Origin: Parcubacteria group bacterium | Lineage (GTDB): Bacteria; Patescibacteriota; Minisyncoccia; Moranbacterales; UBA11712 | DNA: 64,000 bases | Assembly (NCBI GenBank): GCA_041659685.1 | Contig: JBAZXV010000002.1 | Location: forward strand, 39,527 to 103,526 | Reading direction: 5' to 3' | Part shown: piece after piece, positions 49,501 through 58,398 of the stretch | Position numbering within the stretch: the first letter of the stretch is position 1 | Layout of the letters: the number at the start of each line of letters is the position of its first letter | Program-made: the position numbers and the translations under genes | Notes under the pieces: model-generated | Told to the model about the DNA's origin: nothing | The model's database searches: none | Seen by the model: the letters and a program-made list of their open reading frames with translations, nothing else

Positions 49501-50587
49501 CGGGATTCGGACCGGCTTTCCTTCAAGTGAGATAGACTTGATGGTTGTCAGCGAAAACACCAAACAAGATGAAAAAAGGATGTCAAAGCTCTTTTTTGAT
49601 ATCGCCGAAAACGGATTTTATATCCCCGTTGCTGATACTTCCGGGAAATTGATTTTTAGTCCGGAGCAATATGAAGAATACCGAAGAATATTCAGAGGCC
49701 TGGAAAGATTTGATGGAAACAAGTTTGAATATCTGAACACGAAAGAAGGCGATCAAAACTACGATGAGGTGGAGAGGATTCGAAGGGAATTCAAAGAGGA
49801 TAGGGACCGCGTTGCGGCTCTGTCTCAGAAAATTAGAGACATGATAACCGACGTGTTGCGACAGCACGAAGTCACGTTGCGGGATAATCTGGACAACAGC
49901 ATCTTAGGCGCCGAACTAATGGACATAGGGTCCACGGCGAGGCATACTAATGCGATCGGGGATTATGATTTTGACCTGACTTTGCGGCTGGATGACCGGG
50001 ACATGGACAAAATAGGTGATATTGTCCGGGACCTCCAGGCCGGATTGCAGGCTGAAAGTTATTCAGATTCTCACGGAGATGAAAAAGGTGGCTACCAATT
50101 GAGGGCTAAACAGGGCCGCTTGTCCGGAGAAAATCCGGCGGATATCGACATTGGCTTTGTCCGCAAGTCCGACCTCGTTTATTTCGGATCTCACGAAGCC
50201 GTGCAGGAGCGTTTGGATTGGATAAAAAATAATATTAGCGAAGAGGCTTATGAAAAAACGATTGCGAACGTTATTCTGGCAAAAAAAATTCTGAAAGAAG
50301 GCAAAGCTTATAAGCGCGTGGAAGACGGCGGGATGGGCGGCATCAGTGTTGAGAATTGGATATTGCTCAACAGCGGCAATCTTGTCGAAGCATTCAGAAC
50401 TTTTTTGGCTGCTGCGATCGATGAAAACGGAACCCAGGTTCCGTTGGATGAATTCAAGCAGAAATACAAGATCCTTAATCCGGGAATGAATCTCAAAAAG
50501 CTTTATCATGACAATTATACGATGAATTTGAAGGAAGGGGGATATAACGCAATGATAAAAACCATTGAAAATTATCTCAAAGGTTGA
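46511..50587 (+). CDS. Large multidomain protein with C-terminal pol-beta-type nucleotidyltransferase
   Basis: IGSTARHTNAIGDYDFD, DIDIGF, K..LK...Y...GGMGG..VE helical lobe. Confidence 0.7.
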   Translation: MFIEVKSEERKIGPESVEQMESAETIAKEKTPEEQRAENIELMTQRARHFIAEKKAEKEKKNARRELESVPQDVDRPEGRQNEEAEDAQEKPGEQKGIISGLKDKYRLWKLKRSGFPDPGKALGFFEYISSRADSTLKFDSDTLNLIRDTFRATNDPIAFYEKIKQLNLKIAQPIIKPNYGLGTLMRDPDIFKKLDLWQSVNESLGFGDANSSGDDLRYFCGETELHAGLSAENLNRISQLRNLSGSLFSVSDLNWLANCVEDRHTFESLGKLLGSEYAKNLRDKNILRVEDLAKKLKDLDASGMTESLLIGADMNLDVGSAIRELTSEDEEEKAASVEKTKALELEERAKDEKFRELAGDLSLFSGKDFGINEYQKLESLYQWHKDYALAFAQAFEDLGILNRSQEGTLNLEEFEDTLGHWKNEAGYGSPEVFFALLDPSFNEMISILKREKGDFKTRDIFRYAFLYAREPEVIKSLESDEGKELLQFFTERGMDFLGHAEFFKHPGIAKMLKGYDEFFDIQKGWSLDGFLELYNRGETANELLDYLKENKFKPDGKFEINKIPLLVKIHSIKDSIDAEYFRKYPNFFLSEKTVDFIISDPSKAPDVFSLAEDGYLEGQNFQSIRWFLQDNLEDILAIPREKRDTYMKLYRRLDGSPSQEIQRLKKELTRELLKLDEPESAYQRIEEIFITNNLPPVGKIYKVFAVIHSPAAMQELLESNDRLSPCLRESSVRKRYTTIYRDLLNIHIKSGNRILRDYLEVANEGQGIFDKMETEGEESLNNEERRKAEFVLKKLKTLWENSSRGMRMDPNNLSINDGLGNFYNNLKTSIGAKEGQTVTARISQMFLAPAGYQSIEHVLAAMNEAKGKAGTRGLETADLLRKGEFNIKAGDVIKGMPSGRMGAILQGGAVAGEYLGSESSSDSTPYDSDVFRVSDLGGNADFSENIKKYFGEGYGDVNIIVRDRGQFDETSKGSSRGYDPSKLELFRTGVISNEHYGIRTGFPSSEIDLMVVSENTKQDEKRMSKLFFDIAENGFYIPVADTSGKLIFSPEQYEEYRRIFRGLERFDGNKFEYLNTKEGDQNYDEVERIRREFKEDRDRVAALSQKIRDMITDVLRQHEVTLRDNLDNSILGAELMDIGSTARHTNAIGDYDFDLTLRLDDRDMDKIGDIVRDLQAGLQAESYSDSHGDEKGGYQLRAKQGRLSGENPADIDIGFVRKSDLVYFGSHEAVQERLDWIKNNISEEAYEKTIANVILAKKILKEGKAYKRVEDGGMGGISVENWILLNSGNLVEAFRTFLAAAIDENGTQVPLDEFKQKYKILNPGMNLKKLYHDNYTMNLKEGGYNAMIKTIENYLKG

Positions 50588-50591
50588 TGAA

Positions 50592-50626
50592 TGGACTTAG
50601 CGGCAGGGACAACCGCAAAAGTCTGC
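50592..50626 (+). repeat. Junction repeat copy 5 (3' remnant)
   Basis: TGGACTTAGCGGCAGGGACAACCGCAAAAGTCTGC. Confidence 0.65.
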
Positions 50627-50787
50627 TATAGCTTCGTATAGCGGAGACAGGGGTAAGGTCCTGTCCCAATGAGCCTTTTTATATTAAAAACAAATCCAGA
50701 GATGATTTCAAAACAGCTCTCGATTTCTGGTGCAATCACGCTTTGGTTTATGATTCAAAGGCAATGGATTATGCCTTCGAATCTTCG

Positions 50788-50904
50788 GTAATTTGCGGGG
50801 TTGATTTCGGGCATACCACGCCGATAATTACTTTTCCGATAGGAGGCAAAGCGAAACTTATGGCAGGAAAAGACGGCATAAAGCTGGAAATTATCGAGCA
50901 TTGA
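50788..50904 (+). pseudogene. C-terminal fragment of an S66 (LD-carboxypeptidase/MccF) peptidase
   Basis: VICGVDFGHTTPIITFPIGGKA...* with no N-terminal region. Confidence 0.75.
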
Positions 50905-50989
50905 TCTGAAAGCATAGCTTTATATATCGCAGATAATCATGACAGTTATATAAAGTATTTATCCGAAACTAGCAAAATACTATTAAAAA

Positions 50990-51541
50990 ATGACCAAAAA
51001 AGCTAAAAAAATAATATTGATTCCAAGCAACGATATCAGTTCCTTGAATCAATTATCAGGCACGAATACTCTGCTGAGGTGTGAAGAAGCCCTAAAGCTG
51101 TGGAAAACGGGCGGGTATGATGTCATTGTTGCTTCGGGAGGCCGCACCTGCAAAAAAGAAATCCAAACCATTCCCGCCGCCGATATCATGAAGCAATGGC
51201 TGATTTTAAATAAAGTCGATGAAAGCAAGATCTTGAGTGAAAATAAGTCGCTTGATACTTATACAAATATGCATTACTCTCTGAAATTGCTGGAAAAAAA
51301 TAATATTTCCTCTAAAAATTTAACTGTTGTCAGCCATTGGGCGCATTTACTCAGGATAAAAATAATTTTACGGAGAAATTATGAGATTAGACCCATTTGC
51401 GTTCCAGTTAAATATAAATTATCGATTGTTGGATGGCTGCGAGAAATTATTTGGTTCTTCTATCACTTAATGGATAAGACGGGCAATGGCTTTCTTGAAC
51501 AAGAAGTGCGAAAAATAGTTGAAAAGAGAGCCTCTTCGTAG
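50990..51541 (+). CDS. YdcF/DUF218 family protein
   Basis: SGG, ENKSLDTYTN, VVSHWAHLLR. Confidence 0.85.
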   Translation: MTKKAKKIILIPSNDISSLNQLSGTNTLLRCEEALKLWKTGGYDVIVASGGRTCKKEIQTIPAADIMKQWLILNKVDESKILSENKSLDTYTNMHYSLKLLEKNNISSKNLTVVSHWAHLLRIKIILRRNYEIRPICVPVKYKLSIVGWLREIIWFFYHLMDKTGNGFLEQEVRKIVEKRASS

Positions 51542-51748
51542 CCGCTTTATATCGGCGGGCAATATTTTAAGACTCCAGGCTTCCCAGTCCTGATTATTAT
51601 TTTGACTTGGATCGAATTTGATTCTTTCAAAATTAAACGGATTGTCTTCTTTTTTCCAAAAATAAATATCGAATAACGATTGACATAACGCCAAAAAAGA
51701 TTAGAATAATAATTTGGAGTAAATATAAAGAGATGGAGGAAGATTTGC

Positions 51749-52240
51749 ATGTGGGTTGCTATCAGTGGAAGCTGGAGAAGGATCAACGGGGCGGTGAAAC
51801 GGGATGTGGAGACAACAGTGAGTCAGATATTGTCCCGCGGAGACGGAATAGTTTCAGGAGGTTTTCCCGGGGTCGATTATGTCGCGACCGTAAAAGCGCT
51901 CCGGCATTGTCCCAATGCCGAGAAAATAAGAATCATTCTTCCCGTCACGCTGGAGCTCTATGCTCTGCAATATGCCGATTGGGTGGGGGAAGGGGCCGTT
52001 AGCGACAGGCAGGCCCGGTCGGTTCTTATGCAGCTTTCGGAGCTGAAAGAAATCAACCCGAGGTCCATTGTGGAAAATAGAAATAGCGCGCTAGCTTGCT
52101 GTTCTGGCCGCAATACGGCTATGATTCGGCGGGCTGACTCCCTGGAGGCGTTCTATATTAACTTGAGCAAAGGCGAAGATACCATTAACACTGCTTTCGC
52201 CAAGGGAATTCCCGTCAGAGTCAGGACCTACGCGATATAA
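51749..52240 (+). CDS. SLOG-superfamily (DprA/LOG-like) protein
   Basis: VAISGS, IVSGGFPGVD, RN, S.G...T. Confidence 0.7.
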   Translation: MWVAISGSWRRINGAVKRDVETTVSQILSRGDGIVSGGFPGVDYVATVKALRHCPNAEKIRIILPVTLELYALQYADWVGEGAVSDRQARSVLMQLSELKEINPRSIVENRNSALACCSGRNTAMIRRADSLEAFYINLSKGEDTINTAFAKGIPVRVRTYAI

Positions 52241-52267
52241 AGGGGTATCTGCCCATAAATTTTTTTA

Positions 52268-52295
52268 AGTCCCGAAGACAGCGATCTTCGGGACT
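52268..52295. terminator. Hairpin terminator
   Basis: AGTCCCGAAGA-CAGCGA-TCTTCGGGACT. Confidence 0.55.
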
Positions 52296-52695
52296 GTATT
52301 TTTAATGGGTCCCAAAAAATAATTTTTTGGGATTGGACTGGCCAAAATAATCATCCGTCTTGGCGGAATGGATAAAATAGGCTTTAAAGTATATGCCAGG
52401 TTTAACCGAAAAAGTTTGCAAATACCTTGAGAAGACAAGCAAAAAAACGTCCGAAATATGGTGTTTTTTCGTTGCGGAAAATCTGTTGGTAATGTCTCTG
52501 TTTTTTGGTAAGATAAACGGGCAGACAGTGGTTGGATGAAATTGATACAATAAAAATGATCAAGATTTACGATAAAAATTGCAGAGATATTTTTCAATAC
52601 TTATTTTTGAGAAAGAAATTAAGACCAATTTTATTTACTTGGAGCTTTGAGTATTTTTGATGTTGGAAGGATGATAATTCCATAAAATATCAAAA

Positions 52696-53718
52696 ATGAC
52701 AAAAATCAATTTTTCAAAGGTTTCTTCCGGAGCAGAAGGAACGAGTTTTAAAGCAATAAAGCGGTTTATCGACGACAATTTTCTTCACTTCAATGCTGCG
52801 GCGCTCAAAGACGCTTCGCAAGGATACATTGATCATTTGGAAAGAGGCGGAAAAATGATGGTGACCCTCGCAGGAGCAATGAGTACGGCGGAACTTGGCA
52901 TTACGCTCTCCGAAATGATCCGGCAGGACAAGATTAACGCAATCACCTGCACTGGAGCAAATCTCGAAGAGGATATTTTCAATTTGGTCGCCCATGAACA
53001 TTACAAGCGAGTTCCAAATTACAGGGATTTGTCCCCGGAGGACGAAGAAAGGCTCTTCAGCGAAAAATTCAATCGGGTGACGGACACTTGTATTCCGGAA
53101 GAGGAAGCGATGAAGCGGATTGAAGTGCAGATGTGGGATTTGTGGCAGGCGGCCGATAGCGCGGGAGAAAGACTGTTTCCTTATGAATATATGTACCAGT
53201 TGCTTCGTTCGGGCCGTCTCGAAAAATATTTTCAGATCAATCCGAAAAACTCTTGGCTGCTCGCGGCCGCGGAGAAAAATCTGCCAATCTTCGTTCCCGG
53301 CTGGGAAGATTCGACGCTGGGCAATATGTTTGTCGCCTTTGTCAGGAGGGAAAAGGTTTCAGGATTCCAAATTGTAAAAAGCGGAACGGAAACAATGGAT
53401 TTTCTTGTGGATTGGTATTTGGAGAATACAAAAAGAAGTTCTATCGGATTTTTTCAGATCGGCGGCGGCATTGCGGGTGATTTTCCGATTTGCGTTGTTC
53501 CGCTGATTCAGCAGGACTTGAAAGAAGATTGCCGTCTCTGGGGATATTTTTGCCAGATTTCTGACAGCACAACATCCTATGGATCATACAGCGGGGCTGT
53601 TCCGAACGAGAAAATTACCTGGGGAAAGCTCGGAAAAGACACTCCGCGATTTGTAATTGAAAGCGATGCCAGCATTGTCGCGCCGCTTATGTTCGCGTAC
53701 ATACTTGGAAGAAACTGA
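52696..53718 (+). CDS. Deoxyhypusine synthase-like protein
   Basis: LAGAMSTAELG, TGANLEED, GGG, SYSGA.PNEKITWGK, SDASIV. Confidence 0.92.
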   Translation: MTKINFSKVSSGAEGTSFKAIKRFIDDNFLHFNAAALKDASQGYIDHLERGGKMMVTLAGAMSTAELGITLSEMIRQDKINAITCTGANLEEDIFNLVAHEHYKRVPNYRDLSPEDEERLFSEKFNRVTDTCIPEEEAMKRIEVQMWDLWQAADSAGERLFPYEYMYQLLRSGRLEKYFQINPKNSWLLAAAEKNLPIFVPGWEDSTLGNMFVAFVRREKVSGFQIVKSGTETMDFLVDWYLENTKRSSIGFFQIGGGIAGDFPICVVPLIQQDLKEDCRLWGYFCQISDSTTSYGSYSGAVPNEKITWGKLGKDTPRFVIESDASIVAPLMFAYILGRN

Positions 53719-54261
53719 AATATTGGAAATAATTGCAGAAACTTGTGATATAAACAAAGATAAATCTGTCACAATAAGGCCTTGCAACCGAAAAAATCCG
53801 CAACTTCCAATTGCGATTTTTTCGTTTGTGAGATATTTAAAATACAATCATGGGGAAAAATCGATTTCGGATTATCAAAAAAGACTTATAGATGGGAATC
53901 AAGAAATAATATCCCATAAAAATTGTATGCAATTTTAGAAAAACAATTTTATTCTCCGGCCTAAGAATATTTTGATCAAAACATGAAAAATCCTAACAAA
54001 AAATGAATTATGCCTTATTCATCACGGCCGCCAAGCGTCACTTATAAAGTGAAACCTCGAAGAAACGGATGGATACTTCGTGTGTAAGCCCGGGGAGCTT
54101 CATTGATTGAAAAATAAAATATTTTTTTGGAAGAGTTTTCGGGTCTCTTCCTTGCTATATCTTTCGGTTTGGATTTTAGAAAAAAATTTTGATATAATAA
54201 ATACAACAAAGTCCATAATCTTTTGCGCCTTGTTTTATTAATAAGATAGCCGTTTAAATTT

Positions 54262-55254
54262 ATGCGAAAACAAAAAACAAAAACATTTTTTGCGGAACTA
54301 ATCTCTCCGATAAAAAATCTCTTTAATCATGACCAAGAGCCTCTTCTTCATACGATTGAATGGGTTTTTATTTTGTTTGCGTTTTTTATAATTGGATTTT
54401 CGGTAATATATTACCAGAACACGATTAAACTGTATGAAAAATTCAGCGATAAATTTCTTGGAAGCAAGGAGGCGCTGATACAAACCCCCGAAGAAGAAAA
54501 ATTATTTACGGGAGAAGTTGTTCCTGAGCCGGTTGATACCACTGATTGGGACGCCTATCAAAACAAATGGTACGGTTTCGAAATCAAGCATCCGGATTCC
54601 TGGAAAAACAACACGCAATATAAAACGGCAACCGAAAAGAGCGCCGTCTATGAGACTATCTATAAATTTAGAAAAGAAGGAGAAGGCACGGATGAGGCTT
54701 TTGCGGGGTATGATGTAAAAATATACTTGGCGAAAAAGGTCCAAAAAATTGAAAATACCAATGATGTTCACAAGAAAGACGGGGCGCCTGAAGATGCAGG
54801 CGAATGCCCCTTGCCTTCGGAAGAAATTAAATCGGAAGGTAATGACCTGGAGCTCCAAAAAATCAGCATCGATGACATCAATTCCTGTTATGAACCGGCC
54901 TATTTCTACAGCATTGCGAAAGGAGACTATATTTATAATATCGTTCCGGCTGTTTCCGAAAGCGGCGAAAGATATTCCAATCCGGAAAAAGAAACAAGCG
55001 TGCAGTTCCCGGAATATAAAGAGGCTGTCAATTCTTTCGGATTTATTCCGGTAGTCAGGCCCCAATCCAAGCCCAAGCCAAAAATAACGGCGAGAAAACC
55101 GGTTGCGGCTAAGTTGGTGAACGGAAAACTGGTTTGTGCGAAGAAGAACGATAAGCCTCATAAAAGCAAAAAGAAAAGTCACAAGCCGGGGCATCTTGAC
55201 CTTGAATGTTGCCTTGATCCGGATGAGACTCCGAATCCTTGGTGTACTTATTGA
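54262..55254 (+). CDS. Membrane-anchored exported protein with Cys-rich C-terminus
   Basis: TM helix, W..Y.N..YGFEIKHP PsbP-like motif, CCLDPDETPNPWC. Confidence 0.7.
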   Translation: MRKQKTKTFFAELISPIKNLFNHDQEPLLHTIEWVFILFAFFIIGFSVIYYQNTIKLYEKFSDKFLGSKEALIQTPEEEKLFTGEVVPEPVDTTDWDAYQNKWYGFEIKHPDSWKNNTQYKTATEKSAVYETIYKFRKEGEGTDEAFAGYDVKIYLAKKVQKIENTNDVHKKDGAPEDAGECPLPSEEIKSEGNDLELQKISIDDINSCYEPAYFYSIAKGDYIYNIVPAVSESGERYSNPEKETSVQFPEYKEAVNSFGFIPVVRPQSKPKPKITARKPVAAKLVNGKLVCAKKNDKPHKSKKKSHKPGHLDLECCLDPDETPNPWCTY

Positions 55255-55271
55255 GAAAACAAAAAATATTC

Positions 55272-55296
55272 AAAAAACCCGCCTGGCGGGTTTTTT
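55272..55296. terminator. Bidirectional intrinsic terminator
   Basis: AAAAAACCCGCC-T-GGCGGGTTTTTT. Confidence 0.8.
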
Positions 55297-55311
55297 GTGG
55301 AATACAGCCGC

Positions 55312-55340
55312 TTGACAATATCAATGTGTATTGATATAAT
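55312..55340 (+). promoter_or_regulatory. Promoter with ArsR-type operator
   Basis: TTGACA-17-TATAAT overlapping palindrome ATATCAAT-GTGT-ATTGATAT. Confidence 0.8.
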
Positions 55341-55346
55341 CTTATT

Positions 55347-55658
55347 ATGACGAAAGGATGCTGCCGGGAAAATTCAAAAGAAACGAAAGGGATCCTAAGG
55401 CTGAATGAATTTTTAAGAATCATTTCGGACGTAAACCGTTTGCGGATTTTGTGCCTTCTGACCAAAGGGGAGCGTTGTGTATGTGAGATATTTGAAGCAT
55501 TGAAATTGCCCCAAAATTTGGTTTCCCATCATTTGGCGAAACTCAAAAAACTATTATTAGTGGATGAGCGGCGGGAAGGCACATTCGTCGTCTACAGCAT
55601 TAACCGGAAAGCTCTGAAGCAGTATAAGGCTTTGTTTAATCAAATAATCAGAAACTAG
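55347..55658 (+). CDS. arsR: ArsR/SmtB family regulator
   Basis: RLRIL, ERCVCE, VSHHL..L. Confidence 0.88.
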   Translation: MTKGCCRENSKETKGILRLNEFLRIISDVNRLRILCLLTKGERCVCEIFEALKLPQNLVSHHLAKLKKLLLVDERREGTFVVYSINRKALKQYKALFNQIIRN

Positions 55659-55662
55659 TCCT

Positions 55663-55896
55663 ATGGATATCAAAATTCTGGGTACGGGCTGTCCCAATTG
55701 CCGGAAACTGGAAGCCAACACAGAACAAGCGTTGGAAGAATTAAAAATAAAAGCGGACATAGAAAAAGTCACCGAAATTAAGGATATTATGAGCTATGGC
55801 ATATTGGGAACGCCGGCGCTGGTTGTCGATGGAGAAATAAAAGTATATGGACGAGTGCCTGAGACGAAGGAAATTAAGGAATTATTAAAAAAATAA
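55663..55896 (+). CDS. Small thioredoxin-like protein (MTH895 family)
   Basis: ILGTGCPNC, TPALVVDG. Confidence 0.9.
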   Translation: MDIKILGTGCPNCRKLEANTEQALEELKIKADIEKVTEIKDIMSYGILGTPALVVDGEIKVYGRVPETKEIKELLKK

Positions 55897-55898
55897 TT

Positions 55899-56867
55899 AT
55901 GAGCATATTCTATCCCGTTCAAATATTTTCCGACTGGCTGACGCATTCTGTTTTTGGAATTGCTCAAAATACACTGCTGGCTTCGGCAGTCAATTTCTTC
56001 ATTTTTGACACCATCAAAATTTTCCTGCTTCTGGCTGTGATAATTTTTGCAGTTTCCATTATTCGTTCTTTTCTTCCGCCGGAGAAAATCAGAACAATAC
56101 TTTCCAGCGAAAAAAAATATTTTGGCAATGTTTTGGCTTCGCTCCTTGGAATAATTACTCCGTTTTGCACCTGTTCGGCTATTCCTTTGTTTTTGGGATT
56201 TCTTGAGGCCGGAGTGCCCCTGGGAACAACTTTTTCCTTTCTTGTCGCCTCTCCGATGATAAACGAAGTGGCCCTGGTCTTGCTTTTTGGTCTTTTTGGG
56301 TGGAAAATTACCCTGCTGTATATTTTCAGCGGATTGATAATTTCCATTCTTTCGGGAATTGTCATCGGGCATCTGAAAGTGGAAAATCTCGTTGAAGAAT
56401 TTGTTTATAAGAACAAACAAAGCGGACAATTGAAACTGCCGGAGATGACATGGAAACAGAGAGCGGACTACGCCAGAAATTATACAATCGGAATAATTAA
56501 AAAAGTTTGGATATATGTAATTATCGGAATTGGCATCGGAGCCTGGATTCACGGCTATGTGCCGACTGACTTCCTGGCCCGATACGCGTCTTCGGATAAA
56601 TGGTATGCCGTGCCCTTGGCGGTTTTAGTGGGTATACCGCTCTACTCAAATGCAGCAGGTATAATACCTTTGGTAAGCGTCCTCACGGAGAAGGGGGTAA
56701 GTCTTGGGACGACACTGGCTTTTATGATGGCGGTAACGGGACTCTCGCTTCCGGAATTTATGATTCTTAAAAAGGTAATGAAGCTTAAACTGATTGTCAT
56801 TTTTGCAGGAATTGTGGGGATTGGCATACTTTTCACGGGGTATTTGTTTAATCTAGTATTGCGCTGA
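55899..56867 (+). CDS. ArsP/DUF318 permease
   Basis: TPFCTCS, ASPM, SLPE motifs. Confidence 0.9.
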   Translation: MSIFYPVQIFSDWLTHSVFGIAQNTLLASAVNFFIFDTIKIFLLLAVIIFAVSIIRSFLPPEKIRTILSSEKKYFGNVLASLLGIITPFCTCSAIPLFLGFLEAGVPLGTTFSFLVASPMINEVALVLLFGLFGWKITLLYIFSGLIISILSGIVIGHLKVENLVEEFVYKNKQSGQLKLPEMTWKQRADYARNYTIGIIKKVWIYVIIGIGIGAWIHGYVPTDFLARYASSDKWYAVPLAVLVGIPLYSNAAGIIPLVSVLTEKGVSLGTTLAFMMAVTGLSLPEFMILKKVMKLKLIVIFAGIVGIGILFTGYLFNLVLR

Positions 56868-57079
56868 AAATCATTTTTAATTTTCGAAAGAGCGCGCCCT
56901 GTTTATTATCCTGCGACGGCTAAATCGCGGCTGTCGCATCAACTTCGAAAAATATTTCTTTGTATAATCCGGGGTTTGGCGGAAACGCGAATATTAAGAT
57001 TAATGAGGCAGGCAAAGCTTTCCGCTTTGCTTCGGTCCATGTTTTTGTAATAAAATAAGAAACATTAAGAATTAAAAAA

Positions 57080-57328
57080 ATGGTGACTTTCTTTGGTATT
57101 ACAGCAGGCGTTCTCAATACAATCAGGCTTTTTCCCCAGGTTTGGAAAAGCTGGAAAACAAAAAAGACCCGGGATCTTTCCGGGTATTTTGTGGCCATTC
57201 TTTTTTTCCAGTCCGTTTTTATTATTCTCTATGGAATCTACAAGCCGGATCATATTATACTTTGGACAAACGTGAGTCCGCTTGTTTGCTCAGTCTTTTT
57301 GGCGAGATTCAAAATAAAGTATAAATAA
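57080..57328 (+). CDS. SemiSWEET / PQ-loop transporter
   Basis: FPQVWKSWKTKKTRDLS, 3 TM. Confidence 0.8.
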   Translation: MVTFFGITAGVLNTIRLFPQVWKSWKTKKTRDLSGYFVAILFFQSVFIILYGIYKPDHIILWTNVSPLVCSVFLARFKIKYK

Positions 57329-57364
57329 TATTCTTCAGGCGAAAAATCCTCAGGAAGTTGTTTT

Positions 57365-58375
57365 TTACTGAGTGTTGTTGAGAACTTCTTTAGCCGCCTT
57401 CCAAAATTCGGGGCGGTTCTGTTTTGTTTTCAGCCAATACCACCATTCGGCGCCCCAAAGATAATTTTCGGGAAAACCGACTTGTTCGGCGTAAGAAATA
57501 TTTTCCTGAAACTGAGCGAGGTTCATTGATTTTTCCTGCTCTTCAAGTGTGAGATCATAAATCAGCTTCGGCCCCCACGGTTCGGCCTGGAGTTCAGAAA
57601 CAACAATCGGTTTTTCAGGGTTGAACAAATGGACAACATTGGCTTTGAACCAGAAAAATCTGGGCGGCAAAGGGTAATGAAAATAGCCTCCGGCTTTGGG
57701 GCTATAAATAACGCGGTACATTGTCGTCCCGAAAATATCCGCTCGATTGGCGGCCGGCACCCAAATAGAAAGTTCGCCGCTGTCGGTCACCATGATTTTG
57801 TGGTTCGGATCTGCTTCACGGACAAGCGCCACTTCCCGGTCCAGGAAGTTTTTATCCGTTATTGCGCATTCTCCAAACGAAAGGAAGGGTTCATTGTCCA
57901 CTTGCCAGAGATAAAGGTTGGGGATATCCCGATACCGCTTTACGGATTCGGACATGAAGTTTATTAAATCATCCTCTTTCTCATTTTCAGGAAGTTTATC
58001 CGTCCAGACCGGAGCATGGCATTCCGGCCATCGGGGAAGCTTCCGTCCCGCGACCAAAATCAATTCAACATCCCGTTTTTTCGCTTCTTCAATCATCCAA
58101 TCATAATCAGCAAAATTATATTTTCCCGCCTGAGACTCAATATCCTGCCAGTAAAGGGGGAGGCGGACCCTTTTTACGCCGAGGTCATCAAGAACGGCAA
58201 GATAATTTTCCCGCCAGTCGAGCCCCATTTCCGTCGAAAAAGGTTTTGAAAAAGCGACGCCCCATTTAATGTCGTCGGGATTATCGGCGAGCCCGGTTGG
58301 CCTTCTGATAAGATAAAGAAACGCCAGCGCAAAAACGGCGAGAATAATAATTGTTTTTTTGAACCCTATTTTCAT
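57365..58375 (-). CDS. Exported clan GH-A glycoside hydrolase
   Basis: VRLPLYW, QVDNEP, SELQAEPW. Confidence 0.8.
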   Translation of the reverse strand: MKIGFKKTIIILAVFALAFLYLIRRPTGLADNPDDIKWGVAFSKPFSTEMGLDWRENYLAVLDDLGVKRVRLPLYWQDIESQAGKYNFADYDWMIEEAKKRDVELILVAGRKLPRWPECHAPVWTDKLPENEKEDDLINFMSESVKRYRDIPNLYLWQVDNEPFLSFGECAITDKNFLDREVALVREADPNHKIMVTDSGELSIWVPAANRADIFGTTMYRVIYSPKAGGYFHYPLPPRFFWFKANVVHLFNPEKPIVVSELQAEPWGPKLIYDLTLEEQEKSMNLAQFQENISYAEQVGFPENYLWGAEWWYWLKTKQNRPEFWKAAKEVLNNTQ

Positions 58376-58398
58376 ATTTTTTTATTTAAGAGTGTTTT

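Noticed and set aside
52404-52420. AACCGAAAAAGTTTGC as a sixth junction copy (similar weak matches at 41159 and 42854)
   Set aside because: Only the short palindromic tail matches; no other trailer motifs.
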